Source: Octopus vulgaris (Eukaryota). From it: a stretch of 64,000 bases of DNA. Each line of letters begins with the position of its first letter. Position 1 is the first letter of the stretch. The notes below the pieces were generated by a model. It saw only the letters and a list, made by a program, of their open reading frames with translations, was not told the origin of the DNA and ran no database searches. The position numbers and the translations under genes are program-made. The stretch spans positions 51,770,001 to 51,834,000 of the forward strand of contig OX597815.1 in assembly GCA_951406725.2 (NCBI GenBank), written 5' to 3'. Positions 1-13,168 of the stretch are shown piece after piece.

Positions 1-3
1 TGA

Positions 4-4
<1 letters not shown>

Positions 5-60
<56 letters not shown>

Positions 61-101
61 GAAACATGTGTGTATGGAACTATATATATATATATATATA
101 T
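5..101. repeat. (TA)n microsatellite
   Basis: Direct dinucleotide runs. Confidence 0.95.
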
Positions 102-102
102 C

Positions 103-858
103 AAACTTACTTGGAAAAGAATGCGTGGCCTTCGATCATATAATAATATAAATAATATATAGATATATGCATATATACATATATGTACAAACCTACATAT
201 ATATGTATATATACATGCATATATGGGTGCAGGACATCAAAAATACGTTGAACACACACACACACACACACACACATAAAACACAAAAACATAGAAAACA
301 CAAACAACGGAAAAAAACAAACAGAGAAACAAAGAGGTGCAACATAAAGAATATTCCCTTCTTCAGTTGTCCCTGTTTCATCTACTCAGTGTTTTGAAGG
401 CAAGGACAATACGCAACTTCATTGAAACAGTCCTTCCCGCAAAGCAAATTAAATAAAATTTGGGATTTTTTGCAGAGGGTGAAAGTGGTAACAAGAACAG
501 GACAGTGAGAACAAAACAATAAAAGCAAACGTTGAGGGTTGTTAAGCCAAGACAATAGAAAATTATTATGAAACAGGGACAACTCAAGAAGGGGAATATT
601 CTTTATGTTGCATGTCTCGTTTCTCTGTTTGTTTTTTTTCGTTGATCTAAAAAAAGTTCGTTTCTATGTATTTTGTTTTTATGTTTTCATTTCTCATTGA
701 GTCCAACGTTTTTTTTATGTCCTGTACCCATATATGCATGTACGTATACACATATATGTAGGTTTGTCCACATATGTATGTATATATGCATATATTTATA
801 TATTATTTATAATATTATATGATCGAACACCCCGCATCCTTTTCCAAGTAAGTTTCAT
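103..858. mobile_element. Fold-back (inverted-repeat) element, probably a Penelope-like pLTR derivative
   Basis: Arm ~103-381 is the imperfect reverse complement of ~568-858 (e.g. cttcagttgtccctgtttcat vs atgaaacagggacaactcaag). A related copy lies at ~3345-3870. Confidence 0.65.
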
Positions 859-896
859 CTTAATAATTACGATGCGCACTCTTCTATCTCTACTAT

Positions 897-934
<38 letters not shown>

Positions 935-940
935 TCTTGA

Positions 941-1017
941 GAACCAACGAATTTCAATCAAACTGTTTTGATCCATACATGGCGGTCTTTCATTTGTTCA
1001 CTCGTGTACACACACGC

Positions 1018-1080
<63 letters not shown>

Positions 1081-2190
1081 CATATAAAACACAAACATAC
1101 ACACACACTCACACTCATATAAAAACACACACACACGCACACATGGTGGTTGTCTACTCCTTATGCAGAGTTTGACCACCTTAGATCCATCATGGTATCT
1201 GATGTGGCTTTTTAAACCAGACAATGTATTGAAAAGACACCACATATCCGATTTGGACCACTAAGAGTTGCAGTTAAGTTCTGATCTTTGTAGATCTTAA
1301 AATGTCTTTTGAGGCCTCCGTTACAATTGCAGACATTATGGCATACACGGCATTGGAAGGTGTGCACAGATATATAAGTAGAATAGATGATAGAGGTTCG
1401 TTTTCATGGGTCCGCAAATGAGATTTAAGCCCAGCAAAAGAAAAGTATGGTCTGTCACTAACTGTGCACACAAAAAGGTCATTTAGATTCACCTTCCCGA
1501 TTGCAACATTCTTCTTTAAATCTCTCTTGGGTCTTGCATATCTTATCCTGGTCTCCTCAAACGCTTTCACTCCACTCCAACTATTGATTACCATCCAGCT
1601 CCACCCGAAGCAAGGGTTTCTATGACCTTTAGATCCATTCCAAGTAGTCCTTATGCCATCCTTAAACCTTTTTTTTTTTGTTGTTGTTTTAGGTCTACAC
1701 CGGTTGCGTTACTCCTCTGCAAGCTCGTCATAAGACAGCTATTTGGGTGTGCGTTCATCCGCTATTCGAACAATATGACCAGACCATCTCATTTGGTTTT
1801 TCAGAATTATTGATTTCATTGAAGTGATGCCTGCAGACGCAAAGACATTGTGTCTGGAGTAAAGAAGCCCCATTTAATGTTTAAAATGCGGCGGAGGCAT
1901 TTTTGGTGGAATCGTTCAAACAATTTGAAATGTCTTTCATAATACGTCCATGTTCCAGAAGAATACAACAGAGATAGTAAGACAAACGATTTGTAAAGAG
2001 CCAATTTTATGTTGTTATTTATATGTCGTTGGCGACACACGCGTGACTCCAAACCGCCAAATATTTATGCTGCCCTTTGAATTCGCAGATGTATTTCTGT
2101 GTCCAGATTTCTATTATTATGTACAGAGCTTCCAAGGTAAATAAAGGAGTCAATAACCTCAAGTAACTTACCGATAACGAAAGTTTTAGA
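941..2190 (-). mobile_element. 3' part of an RTE-clade LINE with (TG)n tail; inverted near-identical copy of ~6871-8411
   Basis: ORFs 1274-1594 and 1816-2052 translate almost identically to 7707-8027 and 7125-7475, including shared disablements. Confidence 0.92.
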
Positions 2191-2544
2191 CCTGTTGCCC
2201 TGACGTTCTCAAGCCTTTTGTGCCATTTACTGAATACCAAGATGTATTCTGATGGAAGAAGGAAAATATAGAACTCTGAAAGAAGCTTTTCATTCAGAGG
2301 TAAATCCACTGGGGTCCGAGGTGAGTATTGAACCCAGCGCCCCAGTGGGGCATTATGATGACATTAAAAGTGACATAAAATGGTAAGTTGAGATTGTTTT
2401 AAAGAACTATTAAAGGCTCTTTGTTTGAAATAATTGAAATCACGTAATCATCCCGGAGCGGGGCCGGGGTGACCGTTGCAATTTCATTGTATATTTCATT
2501 TTATTCATTTTTCATGTGTTGATTGCCCTCGCATGTGTGTTTGT

Positions 2545-2990
2545 ATCCAGGGGTTTGGCAAAATTATGGAAACACCTTAAAATTTCAAACAAATTTATTT
2601 TAATATGGAGTAGGACTGCCTTTGGCAGTAACTACAGCTTGAATTCTACGAGGTATGGACTCATACAAAGTTTGAATTGTTTCCAAATGACTTTTTGTCC
2701 ATTCTTCAGCTAAAACAGTCTCCAGTTCTTGTAGTGATGATGTTGGAGGTTATCGACTCCTTACGTGTTTTTCTAAAATGCACTATAAATGTTCAATAAT
2801 ACTGAGATCTGGAGACTGTGATGACCAGATAAGATATTCAACTTCAATAGAATGTTCCTTGTGCCATTCAGTAACAAGTTTAGCTGTGTGAATTGGTGCA
2901 TTATCATCCTGATAGACTGCGTTTCCCTCCGGAAACAGTTCCACAACCATAGGATGAATTTGATCAGATAAAATGCTTAAATAGTCTTGA
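2545..2990 (-). mobile_element. Tc1-like transposon 3' fragment (DDE C-terminus plus one terminus)
   Basis: QDDNAPIH and WSSQSPDLSIIEHL motifs in ORF 2783-3064; TIR-like caggggtttggcaaaattatggaaacacc at the left end. Confidence 0.8.
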
Positions 2991-3344
2991 CAGAGACAGT
3001 TAAGTAGAAGAAAAGGAAACCAGAATAAATGAAGGCTGAGAAAGGGAGGGGACAGAAAGGTCAAGAGTACGCATCATTATTAATATCAAGAACAATCTTA
3101 CTTAGAAATGGATGCGTGTCTCTCCCTCTCTCTCTCATTCTTCACTCTCTCTCTCTCTCTCTCTCCCTCTCTCCCTCTCTCTCATTCTTCATTCTTTCTG
3201 GTTTCCTCACAACCATTCCCCTTTTTTCTCTCCCTTTCTCTTACTCCTCCTCCTCCCTCCCGCCGTTAACCTGCGACGAGAGCTTTGCCACTGTCTTTCT
3301 GACCTGACTTCCTTGAAGTGTGGACGGCATTTTTCTTAGCTCCT

Positions 3345-3786
3345 TCGCCGTCCTCAAAAATAGCGTTCGCAATACTTTTTTTCGTTCGGCTTAACAGCCC
3401 TTTTTTGTCTTGTTATTCTCCTTGTCCTTTCTTTTACTGTTTATATTTTGTACTGTCGTTACTGTCCTGTTTTTGTTACCATTTTTACCTCTCCGCAAAA
3501 AGATCTCAAATTTTATTTGATTTGCTTTTCGCAGGAAGGAAAGTTTCTATCGAAGATGCGTATCGCCTTCACCTTCGAAACGCAGAGTAGATGAAGCCAT
3601 GGCGACTGAAGAAGGGGAATTTTCCTTGTGTTATTTGTCCTGTACTCTATTTTTTTGTAGTTTAAGAAAAATGTCCAGTTCCTTGGTTTTGTGTGTATGT
3701 TTTCGATTCTCATTGTATTCGACGTTTTTTTGGTGTCCTGTACCCATATATGCGTGTATATATACATGTAGAGGTAGGTACGTACA

Positions 3787-3830
<44 letters not shown>

Positions 3831-3870
3831 TATGTTTTATTTATTAATATATATATATATATTTATATAT
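3345..3870 (+). mobile_element. Second copy of the repeat family seen at 103-858
   Basis: Shared blocks gagtagatgaa...ctgaagaaggggaat...gtcctgtacccatatatgc. Confidence 0.65.
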
Positions 3871-3873
3871 ATA

Positions 3874-4780
3874 CTGGGCCATCCCATAAATAATGCGGTT
3901 TTTTAATACTTTTATTTTACAAAATTAAGACAAAGTTCTGTTTTAATCTAAATTAGACTCTCCTTCATTTTCTACAATACTCTTCCATCTATCTGGTACA
4001 CTTGCAAGGCCCCTCTTCCAAAATTCACTTGCCCGTGACGAAAAATACTCTTCTAGTACTGTTCTGATCTCGTCTATAGAATTCATATATTTTCTGTCGA
4101 AATGATTTTGAAGACTGCGGAATAAATGATAATCAAATGGGGCAATGTCTGGTGAATATGGTGAGTGGGGCATCGTTTTCCATCCAAACTGATCAAGCCT
4201 TTGAAATATCACCCTCGCTCTATGAGGCCGAGTATTATCCTGATGGAAGAACACCTTTCGCCTTGAAACCAAAGTTAGTCGTTTTTCTTCTAGCACTGAC
4301 TTGAATGACCAAATCCAAGCATCTCTGCTAGTTCCTCAACAGTTACGATGGGATTTTTCCCACCAGGGTTTGCAGGACGTCCTCGTCGAGCCCTACAGAT
4401 CTTCCAGGACAGGGCTCGTCTTTCAGGCTGTAGTTTCCGGCTCCGAATTTCTGGAACCACCGGTGACCCTGACTTCTGCTTATTATCCGATCCCCATATA
4501 TTGCATTAATATTCCTCGCACTTTCCGTTGCATTCTTGCCTTTATTGAACTCATAAAGCAAAATATGCTGAATGTGCTCCTTTGTCACTTCCATTATAGC
4601 TTTGAAAAAATAACTGTTAAAATCGAACTGCACTCTTCAAAACTTGCATTAAGAATAAGGACAAGGTAAAATTACTACCTACTTTTATAGCAAGTTGATG
4701 TAGGTAGTTTATCCCGTCCCTCTTCGACTTTTAGTTCATGCAACTTTAAAAAAAAGCGCATTATTTTTGGGATGACCCAA
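3874..4780 (-). mobile_element. Mariner (DD34D) element, internally deleted
   Basis: TIRs ctgggccatcccataaataatgcgg / gcgcattatttttgggatgacccaa. ORFs carry the HTH ([18 protein letters not shown]) and catalytic motifs (FHQDNTRPH, YSPDIAPFDYHLF). Confidence 0.92.
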
Positions 4781-4999
4781 TGTGTGTGTGTGCGCGCGCG
4801 CGCGTGTGCGCGCGTGTGTGCGCGCATGTGTGTGTGTGCATGTGTGTGTGTTTGTGCGTGTACACTCAAACACACACACAAAGGCCGGAGAAACTCATGA
4901 ATAGTCAACGGCCATCCAACAAAATGGTTAAATATGTATCTTTTTATGTATGTATATACATAAGAGCTGCTCCGCATCGAACACCGGAATTATATTTAA

Positions 5000-7900
5000 T
5001 CACTCTATGGAGCGTTTGGGTATCGGTTTGGTGTCTGGCACGAGAAAGCCAACCTCATGTGTAAGTAGAAGCTCTTTAACCTTGGTTGGTAATCTACCTG
5101 GTAGAAGGAAATCTCCAAGATAAAATCTGAGGCCTTGTTAAGTTCCTGGTTTTCTCAATTCTCATGTCGCACCAGCGAAAGTCTTCTTGGGCCAACAGAT
5201 GGGGGTAGTACAGTGCAAGATACACCCACTGAAAATTATTCATCTGCACAGGTACTGCTCGTGCACCAAATCTTAGTAGAATCATTGAATTGGTTGGCAG
5301 AAACCTAAAAATGCACTTACAATTAGCGAGGAAAATACCCATTTCCGACAAGGTAATCATATTAGAAAATTTCAACGCAAGAGTTGGAAAGGACTACATT
5401 TTATGGCCTATTTTAGGCCGACATGGGATTGGAAACTGTAATAAAAATGGAGTAGCTCTTTTCACGTTTTGTGCTGAGAATAATCTAGTTGTTACCAACA
5501 CTCTGTTTAAGTAGGGAAAATAAATATAAAACCACCTGGATGCACCCAAGATCTAAGGATTGGCACCCCATAGATTATATTTTGCTTACAAAGCGTGATA
5601 TGAAAGATGTTTCCTGTGTTCAGGGCATGAGAGGAGAGCTGGACTGACCATTGTCAAGTGCGTAGAAAAATGAATCTTTCGATAATGCCTAAAAGTCGAC
5701 AGTCTGGTCCTTAGGTACTGAAAAAGTTAAATATTGCAAACTACAAATTACCAAGCAACTTGCAAAGATTCCACGACGGTAAAGAAAATATCAGTTTTGA
5801 TCGAAACAATCTATGGGAAGGAAGATTTCAAAACAAAAGTATTTCAGGCTGCGTTTTCTTCAGTGGGATTTAAATCCAGTGACTGGTTTTCAGACAAATC
5901 ACCAGAAATTCACGATCTAGTTTTTGAAAAACAAAACTTAGGCAATACAGTTCATTCTGAATCCTTGAACACTGACTCAAACGAAGCATAGAGAAAGCTG
6001 AAAGAGTAAGTGCAGAGTCTGGTGGAATCTGTGCAGAGCTTTTGAAACATGGGAGTGACAAAATGCTTTCGTCACTATTGGAGAACTGAAGAAGTGCCTC
6101 AAGACTGGATTGATGCCAGTTTAGTCTCCTTGTATAAATCGGGGACAAAGGATCTGTGTGGTAATTTTTGTGGGATTTCGCTTCTGTCTGCATTCTGTTC
6201 GAATGTTTAAATACCTTCATAGTTACAAATATAGTGTTTGAGTCTTAATGTGGCTTTTGCTCATCTAGGAGCACAGTTAATTGTATCTTTAGTTATCAGA
6301 CAATTTCAGGAAAAGTGCATTGGACAGAATCTTGCCCTATACCATTGCTTTGTTGATTTCAGCGACACATTCGATACTATTAATCGAAATGCTCTGTGGC
6401 TAATTCTAAGGATTTCAGGTTGCTCAGAAAAATTTGTAAACATGATCAGGGCTTTGCGTCCAGATATGAAGGCTAGAGTTAATTTTGGTGGTCGGCTCTC
6501 TGAATCTTTTGCCGTGGAAAATGGAGTAAAGCAAGGAGACCTTGATGCACCCACCCTCTTTGCAATATACTTTGCTGTTGTGCTGTCACGCGCTTTTCAA
6601 AACTCCGAAGAGGGTATTTACATAAAATATCCAACAGCAGGGAATGTTTTTAATCTGACCAAACTGAAATTCAAAACCAAAGGTTTTAATTCACTCATTA
6701 GGGAACTCTTATACGCTGACGATTGCAATCTAGTCAATCACTCTGAAATGGGCCTGCAATCTCTTGTATCTGCATCTGACACAGCTTGTGATGATTTTGG
6801 CTTAACCATCAACTTGAAAAAAAAAACAGTTGTAATGTTTCAACCTGCACGTGGTACTCTTGCAACGCACCTAAAATTTTCGTTATCGGTAAATTATTGG
6901 AGGTAAATTAAGGCGGCGAGCTGGCAGAAACGTTAGCACGTCGGGCGAAATGCGTAGCCGTATTTCGTCTGTCGTTACGTTCTGAGTTCAAATTCCGCCG
7001 AGGTCGACTTTGCCTTTCATCCTTTCGGGGTCGATAAATTAAGTACCAGTAATGCACTGGGGTCGATGTAATCGACTTAATACCTATGTCTGTCCTTGTT
7101 TGTCCCCTCTGTCTTTAGCCCCTTGTGGGTAATAAAGAAATAGGTAAATTATTGGACTCCTTTATTTACCTTGGAAGCTCTGTACATAATAATAGAAATC
7201 TGGACACAGAAATATATCTGCGAATTCAAAGGGCAGCACAAATATTTGGCGGTTTGGAGTCACGCGTGTGTCGCCAACGACATATAAATAACAACAAAAA
7301 ATTGGCTCTTTACAAATCGTTTGTCTTACTAACTCTGTTGTATTCTTCCGGAACATGGACGTATTATGAAAGACATTTCAAATTGTTTGAACGATTCCAC
7401 CAAAAATGCCTCCGCCGCATTTTAAACATTAAATGGGGCTTCTTTACTCCAGACACAATGTCTTTGCGTCTGTAGGCATCACTTCAATGAAATCAATAAT
7501 TCCGAAAACCAAATGAGATGGTCTGGTCATATTGTTCGAATAGCGGATGGACGCACACCCAAATAGCTGTCTTATGACGAGCTTGCAGAGGAGTAACGCA
7601 ACCGGTGTAGACCTAAAACAACAACAAAAAAAGGTTTAAGGATGGCATAAGGACTACTTGGAACGGATCTAAAGGTCATAGAAACCCTTGCTTCGGGTGG
7701 AGCTGGATGGTAATCAATAGTTGGAGTGGAGTGAAAGCGTTTGAGGAGGCCAGGATAAGATATGCAAGACCCAAGAGAGATTTAAAGAAGAATGTTGCAA
7801 TCGGCAAGGTGAATCTAAATGACCTTTTTGTATGCACAGTTAGTGACAGACCATACTTTTCTTTTGCTGGGCTTAAATCTCATTTGCGGACCCATGAAAA

Positions 7901-8170
7901 CGAACCTCTATCATCTATTCTACTTATATATCTGTGCACACCTTCCAATGCCGTGTATGCCATAATGTCTGCAATTGTAACGGAGGCCTCAAAAGACATT
8001 TTAAGATCTACAAAGATCAGAACTTAACTGCAGCTCTTAGTGGTCCAAATCGGATATGCATTCTATGTGGGTGTCTTTTCAATACATTGTCTGGTTTAAA
8101 AAGCCACATCAGATTCCATGATGGATCTAAGGTGGTCAAACTCTGCATAAGGAGTAGACAACCACCATGT
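5000..8170 (+). mobile_element. Decayed RTE-clade LINE (partial AP endonuclease, RT, C-terminal C2H2 fingers)
   Basis: FNARVG endonuclease motif, GVKQGD and LYADD RT motifs, many stops and frameshifts, (TG)n tail. The 5' boundary is approximate. Confidence 0.9.
6911..7141 (+). mobile_element. tRNA-derived SINE inserted in the LINE
   Basis: ggcggcgagctggcagaa head, gagttcaaattcc B-box, flanking direct repeat aggtaaatta (6901-6910 / 7142-7151). A related copy lies at ~26850-27060. Confidence 0.9.
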
Positions 8171-8250
8171 GTGTGTGTGTATGTGTGTTTTTATATGAGT
8201 GTGAGTGTGTTTGTGTTTTTATATGAGTGTGAGTGTGTGAGTGTGTGTGT

Positions 8251-8292
<42 letters not shown>

Positions 8293-8809
8293 GTGTGTGT
8301 GTGCGTGTGTGTGTGTGTACACGAGTAAGTGAAAAAACGAAAGACGGCCACTCAACCAATTTATTGGGAGTCACATGTATGCATCAAAACAGTTTGATTG
8401 AAATTCGTTGTTACTCTTGAGTTTCAAGCGTGATGCTAGTCGTCAGCCATTTTGAATTTGAATGCCAGAAGCTGATTGTTATTGCCGTAAGGTGGGCTGC
8501 GATTGGTCGAGGAAGTGTCGTGGTTTGATGTGGGTATGTGGGTAACAATTAATTGGAAAATGCCGCATGTTGAACAGGAATTGACCACGTGGAGGACAGC
8601 AAATGACCCACGTGGTGATTAGAAGCCGGAAGGAGCGGCATGTGGTGATTAGAAGTAGGAAGAGTCGACATGTGCAAGTATATAGTTCTATATATGGGTG
8701 TGTAGATGCGCTCATATAATTTTACGTGCATGTGTACATTGATGCGAGTGTGCACATCTGTCCGTGGGCGCACACGCACAAGTCTGTACACTCACTCAGA
8801 TTGTGTACA

Positions 8810-9600
8810 TTCAAGAGCAATACATAGGCCAGACAAAAAACAGTCTCCGTCAAAGGATGGCTCTGCACAGATCCCCGATCAAAATTCCCAAAAATAGAAA
8901 AATTACATTCAGCCAACACATCGATATTTGCGCCAATAACAAAAATCCAAGCTTCAGAATTTTCCCCCTCTACCAATTCAGGTACGATGCCTCCTGTAGC
9001 CAACGAATTAGTAAAGAGACTTTCTTTATTACAAAATACAGACCACTTTTGAACGCATCTGCAACAAGTGACATATCCACCACGGCCTTAGAATAACACA
9101 CACACACGCACATATTAAAAATGATACATTCAAGAGATACCCAAGAATTCATTAAAAAAAGTCCCAATCACTGCTGTAATCCACAACTCCCTTTTAGGTC
9201 ACTTGATCATTTAACATCCTACTACTATCATGGTACTTCCACCTTCTCTTCCTCCTCCTCCTCCTCCTCCTCCTCCTTCTTCTTCTTCTTTTTCTTCTTC
9301 TTCCTCTTCTCTGCCAAGAATTCACAACGATATCGAATCCACAAGAGTAAACAAGAGAGACAGAGACAGCAGAAACAAGTAAAATGCCTCTTGTATTTGA
9401 ATACTATGCAAATATTCTTTAAAAAACTTTCTTTTAACTTTTCTAAAATTTAATTGTTTTTGATACTTACAGTTGAAAAAGTCTCAATGACTAAAACCGG
9501 TACTGAAATGTTTTTTTATGAAATAACTTTAGCATTTTCTACCTTGACTTTTTTCCGTATATACGGAGTATCACTGATACTTCACTGTACGAGTTTAATT
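8810..9600 (+). mobile_element. Penelope-like element 3' fragment: GIY-YIG endonuclease C-terminus plus pLTR remnant
   Basis: QYIGQTKNSLRQRMALH...RISKETFFITKYRPLLN in ORF 8764-9096; degenerate hammerhead-like motif at 9470-9505. Confidence 0.8.
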
Positions 9601-10038
9601 CGTTCCACGACCGAGCTCGTTTTACAAATCAATTTTCCCCTTTGAAATTAACTAAAATATAATTGATTCGTTCCAGCCTCACAAAACCACCCAAAAATAA
9701 TTTTTCATGGGTTTTAAAACAGAAAATGTCTAGTTACAAGTAAAATGATAATCTACTAAATATGTGGGAAATTCTGTCTGTAGGTGTGTTTGTGGAGTTG
9801 TTAACTAACTCGTCCTACATCTTTTTATCGATTTTGATGAAACTTGACATATGAGTTGAACTCATGTCTGGAAACCTCACAGTATACTCAGATTGTTGAA
9901 AAAAATCGATAATAGGGCCCCTGGAATGGATCCTTATATATATCTAATATATTTCATATTAATAGCCAAGGGAAATAACCATTGATATTTCTAAATTATT
10001 TGGTATAAATCAAATTGAGTGTTTATTTTTTAGTATTT

Positions 10039-10039
<1 letters not shown>

Positions 10040-10106
<67 letters not shown>

Positions 10107-10139
10107 CATATACATACATACATACATACACATGTATAT

Positions 10140-10222
<83 letters not shown>

Positions 10223-10269
10223 ATATATATATATATATATATGCATATATATATATATACTATTTGTAT

Positions 10270-10321
<52 letters not shown>

Positions 10322-10420
10322 TATATACTATTTGTAATATATATATTATTTGTATTATCGTTTATATATATATGTGTGTGTATGTATGTATGTATGTATG
10401 TATGTATGTATTATGTATAT
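10040..10420. repeat. Compound (TA)n/(TATG)n microsatellite
   Basis: Direct observation. Confidence 0.95.
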
Positions 10421-10710
10421 GTCAGGTCGCTCTTGAGTGCTGCTTGTACTATGTAGTCCAGGACAACCCGTTTCATGATCGGCTCGTCGGCGACTAAACT
10501 GGCAACCCCACCAGGCTTGCTTGTTGAACACACTGCGGGACAAAAATATAAGACCTGTCAAAGGGCGGAGAAGCCACAACGCAGTCAACGGCCATTCAAC
10601 TAAGTATGTTTGTGGAGTGTTTGTGTGTGTGTGTATTGTATATATTGTATTCAGCACGTGTGTCTGCATACTGTATATTGTGTTTTTAAATTGTATATAT
10701 TGTATGTCAA

Positions 10711-10928
10711 TGTTATGTGTAGTTTGGGTTCTAATGGGATAGACAACCAAATGAAAATCATTGTTATTATTACGTGTTTATTGACTATTCATGATACACG
10801 GACGACGACATTCAGCGTAGTAATACATTGTATACTTCACACACAGTTGTACTGTTCACTAACAAAATAGTGCCAAGAGTGGAGATGTAGTTTGGCATAC
10901 GTAAACACATAGATATGAATGTGTAACA
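10711..10928 (-). repeat. 3' LTR (218 bp)
   Basis: tgtta...taaca ends; both ends match 13919-13968. Confidence 0.93.
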
Positions 10929-10940
10929 TCCCTTCTTCTT
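10929..10940 (-). other. Polypurine tract
   Basis: Minus strand aagaagaaggga abuts the 3' LTR. Confidence 0.85.
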
Positions 10941-11123
10941 GAAAAAAAATAAAGGGGTCTTTTGGCAGTGAAGACAACATGAGTAGTGAAGACAACATGC
11001 TCTATGGATTGTCAGCCTGAGGTGGCAATCCTACAGCAGAAGTCGTGAGATTATTCTGCCTCTGCTTTGTAGTTTAGCTGAATTAGATACTTCTCTTTTC
11101 ATTTTCTTTTTTTTATTTTTTCT

Positions 11124-12125
11124 TCAACGGTATCGAACCGGTGACAGAATGTTCTTTCTCCATCTGGTGGATCTTGTGCTTCGCACCGGTGTCTGATGTG
11201 TGTTGTTGGGCTGCTGATTTGTGGTTGGTGCCCGTTGGGGTGATGATTCTGTGGGTGTTGTCACCAATGCAGCAGGTGTTGTACACGTTTTCCTCGACAG
11301 CTCTGGTGTTGGGCGGATGTGGGCCCTGTTGCGTCTCAGCTGCCTACCAGATTCTGTTTCTATTATATATGATCTTGGAGTTTCAGCTCTACTGACAACC
11401 TGTGCTGGGATCCATGTTTTAGTTATGGGATCTTGAGTATGCACATGTTGTCCTCCAAGTATCTCAGGTAAATATTGTGCATGTTTGTTGTAATACCTCT
11501 GTGATTGTTCTTGAGTGGCTGCTAGCTTTACCCTTGTTTCTTCCTGGTCAATAGGAGGTTGGATCTTAGTTGGCAGGGTAGTTTTATACCTCCTGCCATT
11601 CAACAATTCTGCTGGGGATTTCATATCAGCTCTCAGTGGTGACGCTCGTAGAGACAGAAGTGCCAGGTGTGGGTCTTCCTTAGTCTCACGGCATTTGACT
11701 AGTGTTCTCTTCACTGTCTGCACCTGTCTTTCTATAAACCCATGACCTTTGGGGTAGTGTGGAGATGAAGTTGTAATATTGAACCCATACTCATCGGCTA
11801 GCTTTTTGAATTCTTGTGATGTGAACTGGGTTCCATTGTCACATATGATCTGCTCTGGTATTCCTTGCTCTGCTAGGAGTCCTCGAGCCACTGTAGTGAT
11901 TGTTTTGGCTGTCAGGTCTTTCACTTTTCTCACAAATGGAAATTTGGAGTAGTAGCAGGCCATTATTAAATACCATTCTTGGCCCTCTGTGAATAGATCT
12001 ACTCCAATTGTTTGCCATGGCCTTCTTGGGATGTCACTAGATATCATTTCCTCCTTTTGTTGTGAGTTTCTGTACTTTTGACAGATGTGGCATGTAGAAA
12101 CTGTCTTTTCTATGTCTTTGTACAT
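11124..12125 (-). CDS. Gypsy integrase (rve) ORF fragment, 333 aa
   Basis: CHIC zinc motif; GVDLF / ICDNG / GFIER D-D-E triad; PRSYII GPY/F-like region. A frameshift separates it from upstream pol. Confidence 0.88.
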   Translation of the reverse strand: MYKDIEKTVSTCHICQKYRNSQQKEEMISSDIPRRPWQTIGVDLFTEGQEWYLIMACYYSKFPFVRKVKDLTAKTITTVARGLLAEQGIPEQIICDNGTQFTSQEFKKLADEYGFNITTSSPHYPKGHGFIERQVQTVKRTLVKCRETKEDPHLALLSLRASPLRADMKSPAELLNGRRYKTTLPTKIQPPIDQEETRVKLAATQEQSQRYYNKHAQYLPEILGGQHVHTQDPITKTWIPAQVVSRAETPRSYIIETESGRQLRRNRAHIRPTPELSRKTCTTPAALVTTPTESSPQRAPTTNQQPNNTHQTPVRSTRSTRWRKNILSPVRYR

Positions 12126-12568
12126 GCCTACTCAATATACTGCTGACTTGGCTCGGAGCTTGCATTTTTCCATTCCTAGATGCCCTTGGTGGATCTTGTC
12201 AAGAATCTCTTCTTTGACTTGGGTATATTTATTCGGGATCCAGCCATCAGGATCCCATTCTCCACTGATATATCATCATGGATGGCCCAATATTCACGAA
12301 TCAAGGGTTGCACCTGATGTCTCTTTTCTGGCCACCCCTGAATCACCATCTGAGTAAGGAGCTGAAGTTCTTCATCTTTGCTGGTCTCCTCTTTGATTTC
12401 CGCTAGCTTATTGGTTGTCACATTTACAATGTGGTGGACCTTTCTGCTTAGTCCTTCCATCCCCTGTTTGTTTGTGATTGGTGGTCGGTCTTTGATAGGC
12501 ATATCACTGTCAATCCTGCTTGGAGCTGCTTTCACTTCAGCATTGACCGACACAATATTTAACCTCCT

Positions 12569-13072
12569 TCAGGTATCAAGTCCAAGAATTGCTGGGCCTT
12601 CTGTTCTTGTGACATAAAAAGAACACTTAATTATTTTTCCTTTGTGTGTCCCTGCGATAGTTGTTTTACCCAGTTGTGGAATCCTGGTTCCTCCATACGC
12701 AGTGAGGATTATATCACTTGATGTGAGGATTCCTTGTTTGACTTTATCCTCTTTTGTTATGTGTTCTGGGAACATCTTTTAGTATAAGCTGACAGGCAAG
12801 ATATCACTCTGGGCCCCAGTGTCTATCTTCAGCCTTAAGTCTATGTTTGTTCTTTTCCTTCCGGCCTTCTTTTCAATTCTTATTGTCGTGTATGCCTCAT
12901 CTTCTTTCTTCCGGTCGTCCTTTCCCATCTCATGCACATTTATTATGCCGATTGCCAAGAATTCCTCCTCTGAGATGTTTTGTTCCTGTTGTTGTGCATG
13001 TATATCCCTTCTATTTCTGCTCCTCTTTGAAAATTGGGGCTTGTATCTCTGGGATTTTGTTACCCTACACAT
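12569..13072 (-). pseudogene. Retrotransposon aspartic protease region
   Basis: LKIDTGAQSDILP and AILGLD motifs, interrupted by a stop. Confidence 0.85.
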
Positions 13073-13168
13073 TTTTTTCCAGTGGTTAAGTTTTCCACAT
13101 CCTTTGCAGTGTGTACCGAATGCAGGACATTTTTTTCGGTTATTAAATTCATGCTCTGTACCACAGTA

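Noticed and set aside
107-1245. Short ORFs rich in YI, HT or CV repeats (also ~10010-10500 and 8136-8351)
   Set aside because: Translations of (TA)n and (CA)n microsatellites
3943-4633. SETMAR-like host gene
   Set aside because: No SET domain; bounded by mariner TIRs and internally deleted
6911-7000. tRNA-like sequences (also 41100-41195 and 43840-43920)
   Set aside because: These are SINE heads with SINE bodies and tails, not cloverleaf tRNA genes
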